DNA of 64,000 nucleotides from Candidatus Moraniibacteriota bacterium (GCA_030648835.1 JAUSGT010000002.1:501458-565457); one strand, 5' to 3'. Shown: positions 28,071-38,818, numbered from the stretch's first letter. Made by a program: numbers and translations. Notes: a model not told the origin generated them from the letters alone.

Positions 28071-30803
28071 ATGTCCAGTGTTCAAAATTTCTTTTCTAGA
28101 GTAAAAAGTATACTCAACCAACGACCCCTAGTTATTCTACTGGGATTTTGTTTTTTATTGGTTTCTCTCATTATCCTTTATTCCAAAAACTTCATTCTCC
28201 TAGGCGGGGAGGGCAACTACTTCACAAATACCCTTCTGACAAAAGAACTATACGATTTCGCGTGGGTTTCAGTGAATAATGGCACGGGTTTTTCCAATCC
28301 TATATTAAATTTTACGGTTGGTGTTTTCAATGTTTTTTACTGGCTTCAGTTTTTTGGGTTCTCACTGAAATTTGTGAATACTCTGAGTATTTTTCTCATA
28401 TATGCGCTGCCTTTCTTTTCGATGCTGTGGCTTTTGAAAAATATATTCAGACAGGACTTCAGATTGGCATTTTTACTCTCTCTGTTTTACATTATTAATC
28501 CATTTTCTACCTATCACCTCCATAGCATGATGTTTTGGAACGTTGCGCCGTTATTTGTTCTACCGCTTCTCTTCGGCGTAATTTATAAATACTATTTTAA
28601 AAGTTTGCAGTTATTTATCATTTTTGGATTTTTAACTGTGCTACTATCTTATTCGTTTGCGAATGTCCCTTATTTAGGAGTTTTTCATATTTTTTTGCTG
28701 ATTTCGGTTATAGTAATTTACTACTTTCGATTTGAAAAATCCAGAGAGACTAGCTACTGGTTAATGATAAAGAACTTCTTTCTTCTAGAATTAAGCTTTA
28801 TTCTCTTCAACGCTTGGTGGTTTATTAATCTCGTAAGGTTTCAACAGCAAGATTTAGGTCTTTATACTAAAAATTTTGCCATCAATTGGACTAAATATTC
28901 TGATAATGACGAAGGTATCATTGGAAGAATATTCTCGCTAAAAACTTTGACACCGGATAGTGACAGTAGTTTTTTTTCAGTTTTCTACAATAATATCCCA
29001 ATGGATATTATCCTTCTTATTCCGTTTGTTTTGATTATTTGGAATTTGTTTGTATATAGAGATAACCAAAGGAAAGAGTATCAAAAAAAATATATTATAG
29101 TTGCCGGTTTCGCTTTGTTGGTGCTTTTTCTTAATAAAGGTATCAATCAACCGTTTAAGGATGCTTATCTATGGATGTTAAACAATATTCCCTTTTTTAT
29201 TATTTTCAAAAGTCCTTTGGAAAAATTTAGTGTCTTACTAGTGTTTCTATTAACCCTTGTTCTGATTCCTATTCTAGCTGACAAAAAACGCAAATGGTCT
29301 TACTACGCGTTTATTATTTATTTGGTAGCTTGCAGTATTCCTTACCTGACGTTGAACTTTATCCCGGATTTCAAAATTGATGAAGACAAGTATGTATCGA
29401 GAAGATACCTCTATAAGGAAAACTACTTCAATGCCATGAAGGAATTGAATACCGACAAACTCGATTACCGGTACTTGAGCTTGCCGGGGTCTCTCAATTA
29501 TCAGGTAACCATACTGAGTCACAACGGCAACAGATACTATCGAGGTATGGATCCTTTGATTTACTCTATCAACAAACCTTTTATAGCGGCCTATTCGGCG
29601 CTTTCTCCGGAGTTTGATTCAATCTTCGATAATTTTTCAAACGACTTGATTGATACCTCGTTGGATATGTATAGCATAAAGAAGATTGTCATCAATCAAG
29701 ACATCTACCCATCATTCGGAGTGAGGGAGAAGGAGAAGGTAGAAACTTTACTCGATATATTTTCCCAAAAAGATGAGAAGATAGAATTTGATCCGATAAC
29801 TGTTTTTGATAGAGGGATGTTTCTCCCGCATTTTTATACCGCGAAAAGAACAATTGTTTCCAACAGTTCTATCGACCAGATGCCGATTCTTCTCTCTGGC
29901 GATAATCAGGCAGGGCGTTCAGTGGCTTATATAAAAAATCAAAATATTGGAAAAGAGGTAACATTGGAACAGCTACAGGAGGGCATGAAGGGAGATGATG
30001 AAGCCCCAGTATTAGAATTCAAAAAAATTAATCCAACAAAATATCGAGTAAAAATTCATTCAGCAAATGGACAATTTCCGTTGGTTTTTTCGGAAAGTTT
30101 TCATGAGGGATGGAAAATGTACTTGGTGGAGTCCGGACTGGATTCCCGCCGGATGTTTATCCGCCAACTGGAGGACGGGAATGGCAATGTAGGGGATTAT
30201 AAAATATTAGACGGGAATGAGGATGATCAGGCAAGTAAGGATGAGTTAAATAACTACATAAATAATGGTTGGGTAACGACTCTAGGAGATAATAGTGACA
30301 AAGAAATAAAGCATAAGAAATGGGAAAACAATGGTGAAAAATTAGATTATATTGAGAAATACAGGATTGACTTTATTTCCAAGAATTTTCAGGGGACAAT
30401 CCAAAACGATAACTTACCAGAGGATCATTTTTGGGAAACATGGTTCAAAAAACCGATTGATGACAATGCCAATCACTTGATGGCCAACGGTTATGCCAAT
30501 AGCTGGATTATTGATACGAGCGAAGTCTGTAGTCCCGCACTTGATGCGGGATCCAGTAGATTCCGGCTCGGAGACCGGAATGACAATGAGAGTTTTTGTA
30601 TAAAGAACTCAGATGGAAGTTACGATTTCGAAATCATAGTCGAGTTTTGGCCAGAGAGGCTCTATTACCTTGGCTCAATTATTTCGATCACTACCTTGAT
30701 TTTCTGTCTTTTATGGATGGGGATTTTACGGATAAAAGGTCGTGGAAGCAATAAGGTAGTCTTTATGACAAAAGCCGATGATTCTGCTAAAATGGAGCAA
30801 TAA
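28071..30803 (+). CDS. Giant polytopic membrane protein (900+ aa), GT-C-like (YfhO/AftD-like?) with large extracytoplasmic C-terminal region
   Basis: More than 12 TM helices in the first ~430 aa. 'ILLGGEGNYFTN' motif after TM1, paralogous to the 32473 gene. Final C-terminal TM. ATG at 28071. Confidence 0.45.
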   Translation: MSSVQNFFSRVKSILNQRPLVILLGFCFLLVSLIILYSKNFILLGGEGNYFTNTLLTKELYDFAWVSVNNGTGFSNPILNFTVGVFNVFYWLQFFGFSLKFVNTLSIFLIYALPFFSMLWLLKNIFRQDFRLAFLLSLFYIINPFSTYHLHSMMFWNVAPLFVLPLLFGVIYKYYFKSLQLFIIFGFLTVLLSYSFANVPYLGVFHIFLLISVIVIYYFRFEKSRETSYWLMIKNFFLLELSFILFNAWWFINLVRFQQQDLGLYTKNFAINWTKYSDNDEGIIGRIFSLKTLTPDSDSSFFSVFYNNIPMDIILLIPFVLIIWNLFVYRDNQRKEYQKKYIIVAGFALLVLFLNKGINQPFKDAYLWMLNNIPFFIIFKSPLEKFSVLLVFLLTLVLIPILADKKRKWSYYAFIIYLVACSIPYLTLNFIPDFKIDEDKYVSRRYLYKENYFNAMKELNTDKLDYRYLSLPGSLNYQVTILSHNGNRYYRGMDPLIYSINKPFIAAYSALSPEFDSIFDNFSNDLIDTSLDMYSIKKIVINQDIYPSFGVREKEKVETLLDIFSQKDEKIEFDPITVFDRGMFLPHFYTAKRTIVSNSSIDQMPILLSGDNQAGRSVAYIKNQNIGKEVTLEQLQEGMKGDDEAPVLEFKKINPTKYRVKIHSANGQFPLVFSESFHEGWKMYLVESGLDSRRMFIRQLEDGNGNVGDYKILDGNEDDQASKDELNNYINNGWVTTLGDNSDKEIKHKKWENNGEKLDYIEKYRIDFISKNFQGTIQNDNLPEDHFWETWFKKPIDDNANHLMANGYANSWIIDTSEVCSPALDAGSSRFRLGDRNDNESFCIKNSDGSYDFEIIVEFWPERLYYLGSIISITTLIFCLLWMGILRIKGRGSNKVVFMTKADDSAKMEQ

Positions 30804-30904
30804 ATCCAGCACCTTCCAGAATACCTTGTGGTCTTGTCACGGGGATGAGTGGAAACATCAATCCTTTCCACAGGACTTAATACCTTGTGGTGAAGGTGCT
30901 GGAT
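30804..30904. repeat. Palindromic ~100-nt repeat element, family A, copy 1
   Basis: 12-bp terminal inverted repeat ATCCAGCACCTT / AAGGTGCTGGAT enclosing a conserved core. Begins on the base after the TAA stop of the upstream gene. Two more copies at 41115 and 48858. Confidence 0.7.
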
Positions 30905-30917
30905 AAATGCGTTTTTG

Positions 30918-32438
30918 ATGACTATGGAACCAAAAGTTATTTTTGATAAAACTATCTCGTTTTTGAGGAAGAAACCGCGCTATCTTCTCGTTTTTTTTGT
31001 ATTTATTTTTGCTATTTTCTATTACCATTTCATCATCCCTCCCCAGGCATCAAAAGGGAACAAAGCGTCGAAAGAAAAGGTACAAACTGTGCAGCCGGAC
31101 TTGGATGTGAAGCGTTCGGAAAAAATATACTCGCATATACTTCAGTCTCAAGCCGGTGATGTTTTCCGGGTGGGAGCTTTTGCCGATACCAAGAATACCG
31201 AAGATATTGAGATTTTTGCGGAGTCGGAGCTGAACGAAGTCTTGAAAATAGGTGAGTGGCACCTCGAGCCATCGGAAAACGGAGAGTACAAAGAACTGTT
31301 TTTTTCCGCACCGGGACGTTATGAAAATATCGTACTCCGTCTTCAAAAAAATGAAGAGCGGGATGCTGCCGTATCGGAACAGAATAAAACTACGATTCAC
31401 AAGAAGTGGGATGATTCAGCGGTGTATATCCGTTCATTTTTTGTATCGCGCGTAGAGGCAAGAGACGCTCTAGAATTGCGTAATTTGACCCCGACTGTTT
31501 TTGGCATCTCTTCACTGAAAAGAGATATTTTGCAGAGAGAGGAAGATGCCGGCAGGGATGCGAAAGAACAGAGCAATCTTACAGAATGGGTGTTTCAATC
31601 AAATGGAGATTCTCTTCAAGCGTTGGAGTTTAGCGGCAAAAAAGTTGGTAGCGGAAGGCAGGAATATGTTTTCAGTCTTAGACGCTATTTTCCTGACAAG
31701 AAAGAGAAAGAGGGCGAATTATTGCATACAGCGGCGTTTGTTCTTGACGCGCTTGACGATTTGTTGGTATCTATGGGGAATTACCGAATACCGTTTCCTT
31801 TTCCTCTTGTACAGGGAGAATGGTACAAAATGACTTTGGCGAAGACACCCTCAAAAGATAAAGACAATTCCTTTACTGTCGGTCCCTTGGAGGCGGATGT
31901 TGCGACCAATACTGATTCGACCGGTGATTTGGCACTCTTGATACGAGAACGCTTGCGCGCGAAGAATGATGCCAGCTTTCCCGACGGAGCCAAATTCGAA
32001 GACCTCGGGGAAAGATTCTTCTATTTTTTCTCCCTCAATGGAACACCGCTGGATTTTGCCAATGTTTTTGACGCGAGTGGGAGCATACGCTATGACGTGA
32101 AGAAACATCTGGTTACAGGCGGTCAGAAAAACAAGGAATATCTTATCTACAAATTCAATATGCCGTACCCGTTCAATCGATTCGTTCTCGAGGCGACGCA
32201 GGAAGGCAATGATGAAAAAGAAATAAAATTGGAATACTCATTTGACAACGCATTTTGGAGAGAGATCGCTTTCACTCAGGAGCCTGGCGATGCGCAGGAG
32301 TTTCTGCTTACGCTGGAGGGGGATGACAAGTCGCGTACAGTCTATGTCCGTGCCAGTTATACTGGTCCAGAGAAGAAGTCAGGATTCTTTGCATTGAAGG
32401 CGTTGAATGTTACCGCATCTATAGGGAAGACGCGATGA
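30918..32438 (+). CDS. Hypothetical exported/membrane-anchored protein (single N-terminal TM)
   Basis: N-terminal hydrophobic anchor 'LLVFFVFIFAIFYYHFII', remainder hydrophilic. No recognisable motif. Sits between two paralogous giant membrane proteins. Confidence 0.4.
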   Translation: MTMEPKVIFDKTISFLRKKPRYLLVFFVFIFAIFYYHFIIPPQASKGNKASKEKVQTVQPDLDVKRSEKIYSHILQSQAGDVFRVGAFADTKNTEDIEIFAESELNEVLKIGEWHLEPSENGEYKELFFSAPGRYENIVLRLQKNEERDAAVSEQNKTTIHKKWDDSAVYIRSFFVSRVEARDALELRNLTPTVFGISSLKRDILQREEDAGRDAKEQSNLTEWVFQSNGDSLQALEFSGKKVGSGRQEYVFSLRRYFPDKKEKEGELLHTAAFVLDALDDLLVSMGNYRIPFPFPLVQGEWYKMTLAKTPSKDKDNSFTVGPLEADVATNTDSTGDLALLIRERLRAKNDASFPDGAKFEDLGERFFYFFSLNGTPLDFANVFDASGSIRYDVKKHLVTGGQKNKEYLIYKFNMPYPFNRFVLEATQEGNDEKEIKLEYSFDNAFWREIAFTQEPGDAQEFLLTLEGDDKSRTVYVRASYTGPEKKSGFFALKALNVTASIGKTR

Positions 32439-32472
32439 GATAATCAGAAGATGCTTGTATCCGTACTACAGT

Positions 32473-34647
32473 ATGCTTTTTTTCAAGAATTTTTTTGTGG
32501 AGTATCGATGGGAAGCTCTCGGAGCTCTTGTGCTTCTTTTTGTCGTGTTTATAAACCGTTTTCCATCCGGATATATTTTTCTCGGCGGAGATGTTCTCCA
32601 GCCGATAAACATGGCAAAGAGTTTCTTTTCTTACTACTACGAGCTATTTGGGAGCGCTTCTCTGTTTTTTGGCATTTTCTATTTGCTTGACGTGCTGCGA
32701 GTGAGTGATACGGCGCAACTCTCTTGGTATCTGGGGATATTCCTGTTCGGGTCGTACGCGTCTTTTCTTACTTTTTCTTTCTTGGTTTTCCCTCAAGTGT
32801 CGAAATTGACGCGGACGATTGTGGCGCTTTTCTATGCGATGAACCTCTACACCCTGTATATCTTCACGGCCTCCTGGGGGTTTTCGCATTACCAGATAGT
32901 GTATATTTTTATTCCGATACTGACGGGTTTGTACATTAGGGTTTTGGAAACAAAGAAAGCTGTTTACGTCTTTTTCTTTTTCCTCGCTATGTTTTTTGCT
33001 TCAATGAGCTTTAGCAATCCGGCTTTTGCTCTGTCTCTTGGCATATACTTTTTTTTACTGACAATTCTCCTTTTTCTCTTCCACTTCGTCAAACCGGACA
33101 AGAGAGTTATCAAATTGATAGCCATTGTGGCAATCGGATCATCTCTCTTGAATGCCTACTGGGTACTACCGCTTTTACCACAGTTGCGTAGTGGTATCCA
33201 GGGAGTCTATGCATCAGAATTTGTAGATCTTTCAGAACGACTGGAAAAAACGTCGAACGCCATCTTCGACACCATCCGCCTCTTGCCGACGAGCGAGCAG
33301 AGCCGCTATTACCCGGCGAACTTTCCGTATCCGAATTTTTCTTGGTTGAAAAAATACCTCGTTTTTCTCGCGTTTGCTCCGTTTTTCTTGGTTCTCATCG
33401 GCTATATGAGGAAGAAAGATACAAGGGAGCGGAGACTCTATGGGACATTCTTCGTGTTGTTTGTCATTTTCACCGCACTAGTGGCTCGGGTACGCTTCCC
33501 ATTCGACACGATAAATAATTTTTTATTTCATCTCCCCGGTTTTAACGTTCTCAGGAGTTGGGACAAATTGGCAACTATCGTACCATTCCTTTTATCCATG
33601 CTTCTTCTTTTGGCGCTTGCAACGCAGGAGGGGAAACGCTATTTCAAAACCGTTCTAGCTTCCTTCGTCATCGTAGCTATTCTGCTCGCGTTGCCGTTTT
33701 ATGCCGGAGGTATTCAGACGAAACTGAGTTATATTTTTTCTACTCAGAAAGCCAAAGATTTTCGCACGGCAAAACTGAGCGCCCTCGTGAAAGTTCCTGA
33801 GGAATATTATGCCGTTACCAAAGTCATTCAGGCTGACAGGGCGGATAACAAAATCGCTATGTTGCCATTTTCTCCCGGGTCGAGCACGGGGAGGGTCAAT
33901 CTTCCGAAATGGAAAGTGAACGGACCCGACGCTACCAGTGTTTTGTATAGCAAAAAGTATGTCGAGCTGTATTCTTATTATATCCCCGGGTGGATGTTTG
34001 CCCAAGACTTCGAAAATGCCCAATATGATCCGCAGTGGATAGTTGACTTGTACGGACTCATCGGTGTGAAATATATCTTGTATCATAAGGACGCCAAGCC
34101 TGACAGCATCGAGAAAATGGAACCAGCCAGAAAATATTTGGAAAATATCGGATCAATGAAGAGTATAGATGACAACCGATTCTTCACGCTCTATACTATC
34201 GATGAAGACCGGATATTCCCGTATGTTTATGTGACGGATGAGTCGAATGTGTTTATTAAATCTAGTCCCGAGGGGCTTTCTGAGAAAGCGCAGGATTTAC
34301 ATAAGAAAGTATCTGTACCAAATTATGAACGGCAGAATCCGAAGAAAACCGTAGTGGCTGTTGATAGACTCGCGAGTCAGTCACATATATTTTTGAACGA
34401 AAAATATGATCCACTTTGGAGAGCGGAATATACAGCGCTTGATGGAAAGCGCGTCATGCTCGAGAGGGATGAAAATGTGAAGTATGCCAATGCCTGGAAG
34501 GTAGCTGATAATCTTCCAGGAGGAAGCATCGAGATATATTATGCGCCGCTCAAGCTTTTTTACATCGGACAATGGATATCGGGGATAGCACTGTTACTCA
34601 CTGTTTTCGGAATAGTGGTTACATTGCGAAAAAAGAATAATTCATAA
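32473..34647 (+). CDS. Giant polytopic membrane protein (about 725 aa), paralog of the 28071 gene, GT-C-like
   Basis: 'IFLGGDVLQPINM' after TM1 parallels 'ILLGGEGNYFTN'. More than 12 TM helices. C-terminal soluble region plus terminal TM. Confidence 0.45.
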   Translation: MLFFKNFFVEYRWEALGALVLLFVVFINRFPSGYIFLGGDVLQPINMAKSFFSYYYELFGSASLFFGIFYLLDVLRVSDTAQLSWYLGIFLFGSYASFLTFSFLVFPQVSKLTRTIVALFYAMNLYTLYIFTASWGFSHYQIVYIFIPILTGLYIRVLETKKAVYVFFFFLAMFFASMSFSNPAFALSLGIYFFLLTILLFLFHFVKPDKRVIKLIAIVAIGSSLLNAYWVLPLLPQLRSGIQGVYASEFVDLSERLEKTSNAIFDTIRLLPTSEQSRYYPANFPYPNFSWLKKYLVFLAFAPFFLVLIGYMRKKDTRERRLYGTFFVLFVIFTALVARVRFPFDTINNFLFHLPGFNVLRSWDKLATIVPFLLSMLLLLALATQEGKRYFKTVLASFVIVAILLALPFYAGGIQTKLSYIFSTQKAKDFRTAKLSALVKVPEEYYAVTKVIQADRADNKIAMLPFSPGSSTGRVNLPKWKVNGPDATSVLYSKKYVELYSYYIPGWMFAQDFENAQYDPQWIVDLYGLIGVKYILYHKDAKPDSIEKMEPARKYLENIGSMKSIDDNRFFTLYTIDEDRIFPYVYVTDESNVFIKSSPEGLSEKAQDLHKKVSVPNYERQNPKKTVVAVDRLASQSHIFLNEKYDPLWRAEYTALDGKRVMLERDENVKYANAWKVADNLPGGSIEIYYAPLKLFYIGQWISGIALLLTVFGIVVTLRKKNNS

Positions 34648-34659
34648 ACGAAATCTTAT

Positions 34660-35022
34660 ATGGACAGCACTAAAGAAGAGGTGCATTCAATTGAAACCTT
34701 TGTAAAGGGGAGAAAGCTGGATATGGGTTTTCTTCTGGCGGGGGTACTTCTCGGCATATTCTTTAGTTGGAATATCGTGGAAATTGCCATTTTTGCCGTA
34801 TTTATCTGGTCGATTATCGGTCCTATACAAAGTCGCTATTTGGCGTGGCCCGCTCTCTTTTTCTTGGCATTCACTCCCATACTGCTTACATTGGGGCGGA
34901 AGGTCCAGGCGGAGGAATTTGCCATCTATGCCTACTATTTCCTCGTGATGGCCGTCATCCGCGGCATCATCGAAGTCCGTTCCGAGTCGGATGATGACAC
35001 TCAAACCTCAGAAAAGCCCTAA
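34660..35022 (+). CDS. Small membrane protein, hypothetical
   Basis: 120 aa, three hydrophobic helices, acidic C-terminus. Confidence 0.3.
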   Translation: MDSTKEEVHSIETFVKGRKLDMGFLLAGVLLGIFFSWNIVEIAIFAVFIWSIIGPIQSRYLAWPALFFLAFTPILLTLGRKVQAEEFAIYAYYFLVMAVIRGIIEVRSESDDDTQTSEKP

Positions 35023-35102
35023 TTTGCCTGTTTTGGGAGGGTACGTTACAATATCAATAACAATTAACAAGCAACAATTAGCATTTTAGAGAACATTTTT
35101 CT

Positions 35103-36044
35103 ATGTCTGAAAATCAACCTTATTTATCCGTTGTTGTCCCGCTCTACAATGAAGAGGGGAATGTCGCAGAGTTGTATCGGAAAATCAAAGAGGCGGTCCA
35201 GAAAATCGGACTGCCGTTTGAAATTATCTTTATCGATGACGGATCCCAGGATGGCACGCTGGATGCCGCGAAGGGATTGACGCCCTTGAAACTTATCGCT
35301 TTTCGTAAGAACTTCGGTCAAACGGCGGCGTTTGACGCCGGTATCAAGGCTGCCAAGGGTGAGATTATCATCACGTTGGATGGCGACCTGCAGAATGACC
35401 CAGCGGATATCCCGCTCCTCTTAGCCAAGATGGATGAAGGCTACGATGTTGTTTCCGGGTGGCGCGTGAAACGCCAGGATCCTTGGAGTAAGAAAATCCC
35501 TTCCCGCATTGCCAATCTGCTCCGCAAAATTTTGATTCACGACAATATTCATGACTCCGGATGTAGTCTTAAGGCCTATCGCCGAGAATGTTTCAAAAAT
35601 GTCGATTTGTTCGGTGAAATGCATCGTTTTATTCCTGCTATCCTCGAACTGGATGGTTTCAAGGTATCGGAAGTGGCAGTGTCGCATTATCCGCGTATTC
35701 ATGGAGTGACGAAATACAACTGGAAACGCGGAATCAAAGGATTTGTGGATATGCTTTCCATTTGGTTCTGGCGCAAGTATTCCTATCGGCCGCTCCATCT
35801 GTTTGGCGGCGGTGGAGTGTTCTTGTTCACTATCGGGAGCGGTATTCTCGTCTGGATGCTGGTGGAAAAAGTTTTCTTTGGGGCATCGCTTGCTGAGCGC
35901 CTTTGGCCGCTCATCGGCATCTTTTTCATCCTGATCGGTGTGCAACTCTTCGTCTCCGGTCTCCTGGCTGATATGGTAGTGCGTAATTATTATCAGTCAC
36001 ACAATCGGATGAATTACTCTATACGCGAGACGCGGGAACAGTGA
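35103..36044 (+). CDS. GT2 polyprenyl-phosphate glycosyltransferase (GtrB/ArnC/DPM1-like)
   Basis: 'LSVVVPLYNEEGNV', 'IIFIDDGSQDGT', 'RNFGQTAA', 'ITLDGDLQNDPADI', two C-terminal TM helices. Confidence 0.8.
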   Translation: MSENQPYLSVVVPLYNEEGNVAELYRKIKEAVQKIGLPFEIIFIDDGSQDGTLDAAKGLTPLKLIAFRKNFGQTAAFDAGIKAAKGEIIITLDGDLQNDPADIPLLLAKMDEGYDVVSGWRVKRQDPWSKKIPSRIANLLRKILIHDNIHDSGCSLKAYRRECFKNVDLFGEMHRFIPAILELDGFKVSEVAVSHYPRIHGVTKYNWKRGIKGFVDMLSIWFWRKYSYRPLHLFGGGGVFLFTIGSGILVWMLVEKVFFGASLAERLWPLIGIFFILIGVQLFVSGLLADMVVRNYYQSHNRMNYSIRETREQ

Positions 36045-36153
36045 TAACTTGTAGTAAGTATCAAGTATTGAGTATAGTGTATAGAATCGGTATAAAAATC
36101 CGACATGCATTTTTATACATAATACGTGATACATAATACCTAATGCATATTGT

Positions 36154-37464
36154 ATGAAAATAACTTTTCTCGGGACGGGATATGTGGGATTGGTATCGGG
36201 CGCCTGTATGGCGGAAATCGGACACGAGGTGATTTGCGCGGACATCGACAAGAAAAAAATTGGGCTTTTGAAGAAAGGCGGGATTCCTATTTATGAAATC
36301 GGTTTGGAAGAAATCGTCGCGCGCAATGTCAAAGAAGGGCGCCTGAGCTTCACTACCGATCTGAAAAAAGCCATCCAGGAATCCGAGGTGGTGTTTATGG
36401 GAGTGGGGACTCCGGAGGACAAGGTGACCGGTCAGGCTGATCTCCAGTACGTATTCGCGGTGGCCGAGACCTTCGGCAAACATTTGAATGGTTACAAGGT
36501 GTTCGTGGACAAGTCTACCGTGCCGGTGGGAACGGCAGAAAAAGTAGAGGAAATCATCAAGCTTGCGTCCAAAGGGAAACATCCTTTCGATGTTGTTTCC
36601 AATCCGGAGTTCTTGCGCGAAGGAGCCGCCGTGAAGGATTTTCTCAACCCTGATCGCGTCGTGGTGGGCACCAAATCAACCAAGGCCCGCAAGCTGATGG
36701 AGCAGATCTATCGACCGTTGGCGCGCAGCGGCCGACCGATTATGTTTACCGATATACGCAGCGCGGAAATCATCAAATACGCCGCCAACGCCTTCTTGGC
36801 GATGAAAATCACCTTTATGAATGAGGTGGCGAATTTCTGCGATGTCGCCGGTGGCAACGTGAAAGAAGTGTCCAAGGGATTGGGCTATGACTCGCGCATC
36901 GGTGGGCGCTTTCTCTATGCCGGTATCGGGTACGGTGGTTCTTGTTTCCCCAAAGATGTGAAGGCATTTCTCGAATCCGGACGTGAGTACAATTCACATT
37001 TTCATATTATGGAGACGGTCTACGATGTGAATGTTGCTCAGCGCATCAAACCGTTTGTGAAACTGAAAGTTGAATTTAATAACCAGCTGAAAAACAAGAC
37101 TATCGCCGTGTGGGGACTAGCTTTCAAGCCGCGTACGGACGATATTCGCGAAGCGCCCGGAGTCGAAAACATCAAACTTTTTTTGGAGGAGGGATCGAAA
37201 GTGAGGGCATTCGACCCGGTGGCGATGCCCAATACCAAGAAAGTTCTTCGTCACAAGAATCTGACGTATACCAAGAAAGCGATCGATGCCTTGAAAGGCG
37301 CTGATGCACTGGTCATCTGCACGGAGTGGGATGAATTCCGCGTGATGGATTACAAAGAAGTGAAGAAATTGATGAAGGGCAAGATTATCTTCGATGGGCG
37401 CAACGTCTTGGAACGCAGTGAGGCGGAGGGTGAAGGCTTTACCTATTTTGGCATTGGAGCATGA
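36154..37464 (+). CDS. ugd: UDP-glucose 6-dehydrogenase
   Basis: 'MKITFLGTGYVGLVSGACMAEIGHEVICADID', 'GGSCFPKDV', 'GLAFKPRTDDIREAP'. Confidence 0.9.
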   Translation: MKITFLGTGYVGLVSGACMAEIGHEVICADIDKKKIGLLKKGGIPIYEIGLEEIVARNVKEGRLSFTTDLKKAIQESEVVFMGVGTPEDKVTGQADLQYVFAVAETFGKHLNGYKVFVDKSTVPVGTAEKVEEIIKLASKGKHPFDVVSNPEFLREGAAVKDFLNPDRVVVGTKSTKARKLMEQIYRPLARSGRPIMFTDIRSAEIIKYAANAFLAMKITFMNEVANFCDVAGGNVKEVSKGLGYDSRIGGRFLYAGIGYGGSCFPKDVKAFLESGREYNSHFHIMETVYDVNVAQRIKPFVKLKVEFNNQLKNKTIAVWGLAFKPRTDDIREAPGVENIKLFLEEGSKVRAFDPVAMPNTKKVLRHKNLTYTKKAIDALKGADALVICTEWDEFRVMDYKEVKKLMKGKIIFDGRNVLERSEAEGEGFTYFGIGA

Positions 37465-37588
37465 GTCTAATTTTCAATTTCCATTTTCCAATTTTCAATA
37501 AATTTTCAAAAAAAGAATTTTCAAGTTATTTGAATATTGAGAATTGATTATTCAATGAAAATTGTGAATTGATAATTGATCATTGAAT

Positions 37589-38755
37589 ATGAAGGTATTA
37601 TTTCTCAATTATGAATATCCTCCACTTGGGGGTGGGGCGAGTGTGGCGACAGAAGCGATACTGAAAGAGTGGTCCGCTCTGCTTGATATGGAGGTGCATT
37701 TGGTGACTGCATCCGTAGGTGCTGTTTTGGAACAGAGCCGGCTTGGCAACAATGTTCACATCCATCGCGTACCGATCGGAAAAAATCCGCAAAAACTGCA
37801 TTCCCAGTCACTCAAGGATATCTTGGTTTATAGCGTGAAGACCTGGTTTTTTTTGCGGACGTTTCTTCGAGAGGAATGTAAAAAGCAGAAGTTTGACGTG
37901 ACTTTGGCATTTTTTACGGTGCCTTGTGGGTTCATCGCTTACCTGGTTAAACTTTTCTATCGTATCCCGTATGTGGTGTCGCTCCGCGGCGCGGACGTGC
38001 CGGGATTCAGCGAAAAGTATGATACGTTTTATCTTTTTGCCAAGCCGTTGGTGCGTTTTCTTTGGAAACATGCGGAAAAAGTGATCCCCAATAGTATCGG
38101 TATCCGTGACTTGGCACAAAAAACAAGCGCGCATCAGCCGATGGAAGTCATCGAGAACGGTGTCAATACGGAGACCTTTCACCCGAAAAACGAGGGAAAA
38201 TCTTTCTCTCCGGTAATTTTTCTTTCCACTTCGCGCCTGACACCGCGCAAGGGCATTCATTCCCTCATCGAAGCCTTCGCCTTAGTGATCAAATATGCCA
38301 AAGTACCGGTTGAACTTCATCTCATCGGAGAGGGGGAACAGAAAGAACCGCTTGAGGCGCGAGTGAAGGAACTCGGGATAGAAAATCAAGTCAAATTTTT
38401 CGGGCGCGTGGAACATCGGCTCCTCCCACAGTTCTATCAAAAGGCGCATGTGTTTGTCCTACCATCGAAGAACGAAGGGATGAGCAATTCCGCCTTGGAA
38501 GCTCTGGCAAGCGGGCTGCCGCTCGTGGTTTCCGGTACCGGAGGGATGCAGGAGTTGGTGACGGAGGGCAAGAACGGATTTTTCATCGATCCGGAGTTGA
38601 CAGCTCCTTTTGCGGAAACGCTTCTCAGCCTGGTGCAGAATCAGGGGAGTCTCATCGCCTTCGGCCGAGAAAGCCGCCAGCGGGCGGAACTGCGTGGCTG
38701 GGACAAAGTCGCTCTGCATTTCAAAAACGCTCTCGAGCAAAGTATCAGAAAGTAG
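37589..38755 (+). CDS. GT4 glycosyltransferase
   Basis: 'YPPLGGGASVATEAI' N-terminus, 'PSKNEGMSNSALEALASGLPLVVSGTGG'. Confidence 0.8.
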   Translation: MKVLFLNYEYPPLGGGASVATEAILKEWSALLDMEVHLVTASVGAVLEQSRLGNNVHIHRVPIGKNPQKLHSQSLKDILVYSVKTWFFLRTFLREECKKQKFDVTLAFFTVPCGFIAYLVKLFYRIPYVVSLRGADVPGFSEKYDTFYLFAKPLVRFLWKHAEKVIPNSIGIRDLAQKTSAHQPMEVIENGVNTETFHPKNEGKSFSPVIFLSTSRLTPRKGIHSLIEAFALVIKYAKVPVELHLIGEGEQKEPLEARVKELGIENQVKFFGRVEHRLLPQFYQKAHVFVLPSKNEGMSNSALEALASGLPLVVSGTGGMQELVTEGKNGFFIDPELTAPFAETLLSLVQNQGSLIAFGRESRQRAELRGWDKVALHFKNALEQSIRK

Positions 38756-38779
38756 ACTGAATATTTTTTTAGGAAATTT

Positions 38780-38818
38780 AAAAGCCGGATGGAACGTAGT
38801 TATCGTTCACCGGCTTTT
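38780..38818. terminator. Bidirectional hairpin terminator candidate between convergent genes
   Basis: AAAAGCCGG ... CCGGCTTTT 9-bp stem flanked by A-run and T-run. Confidence 0.5.
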
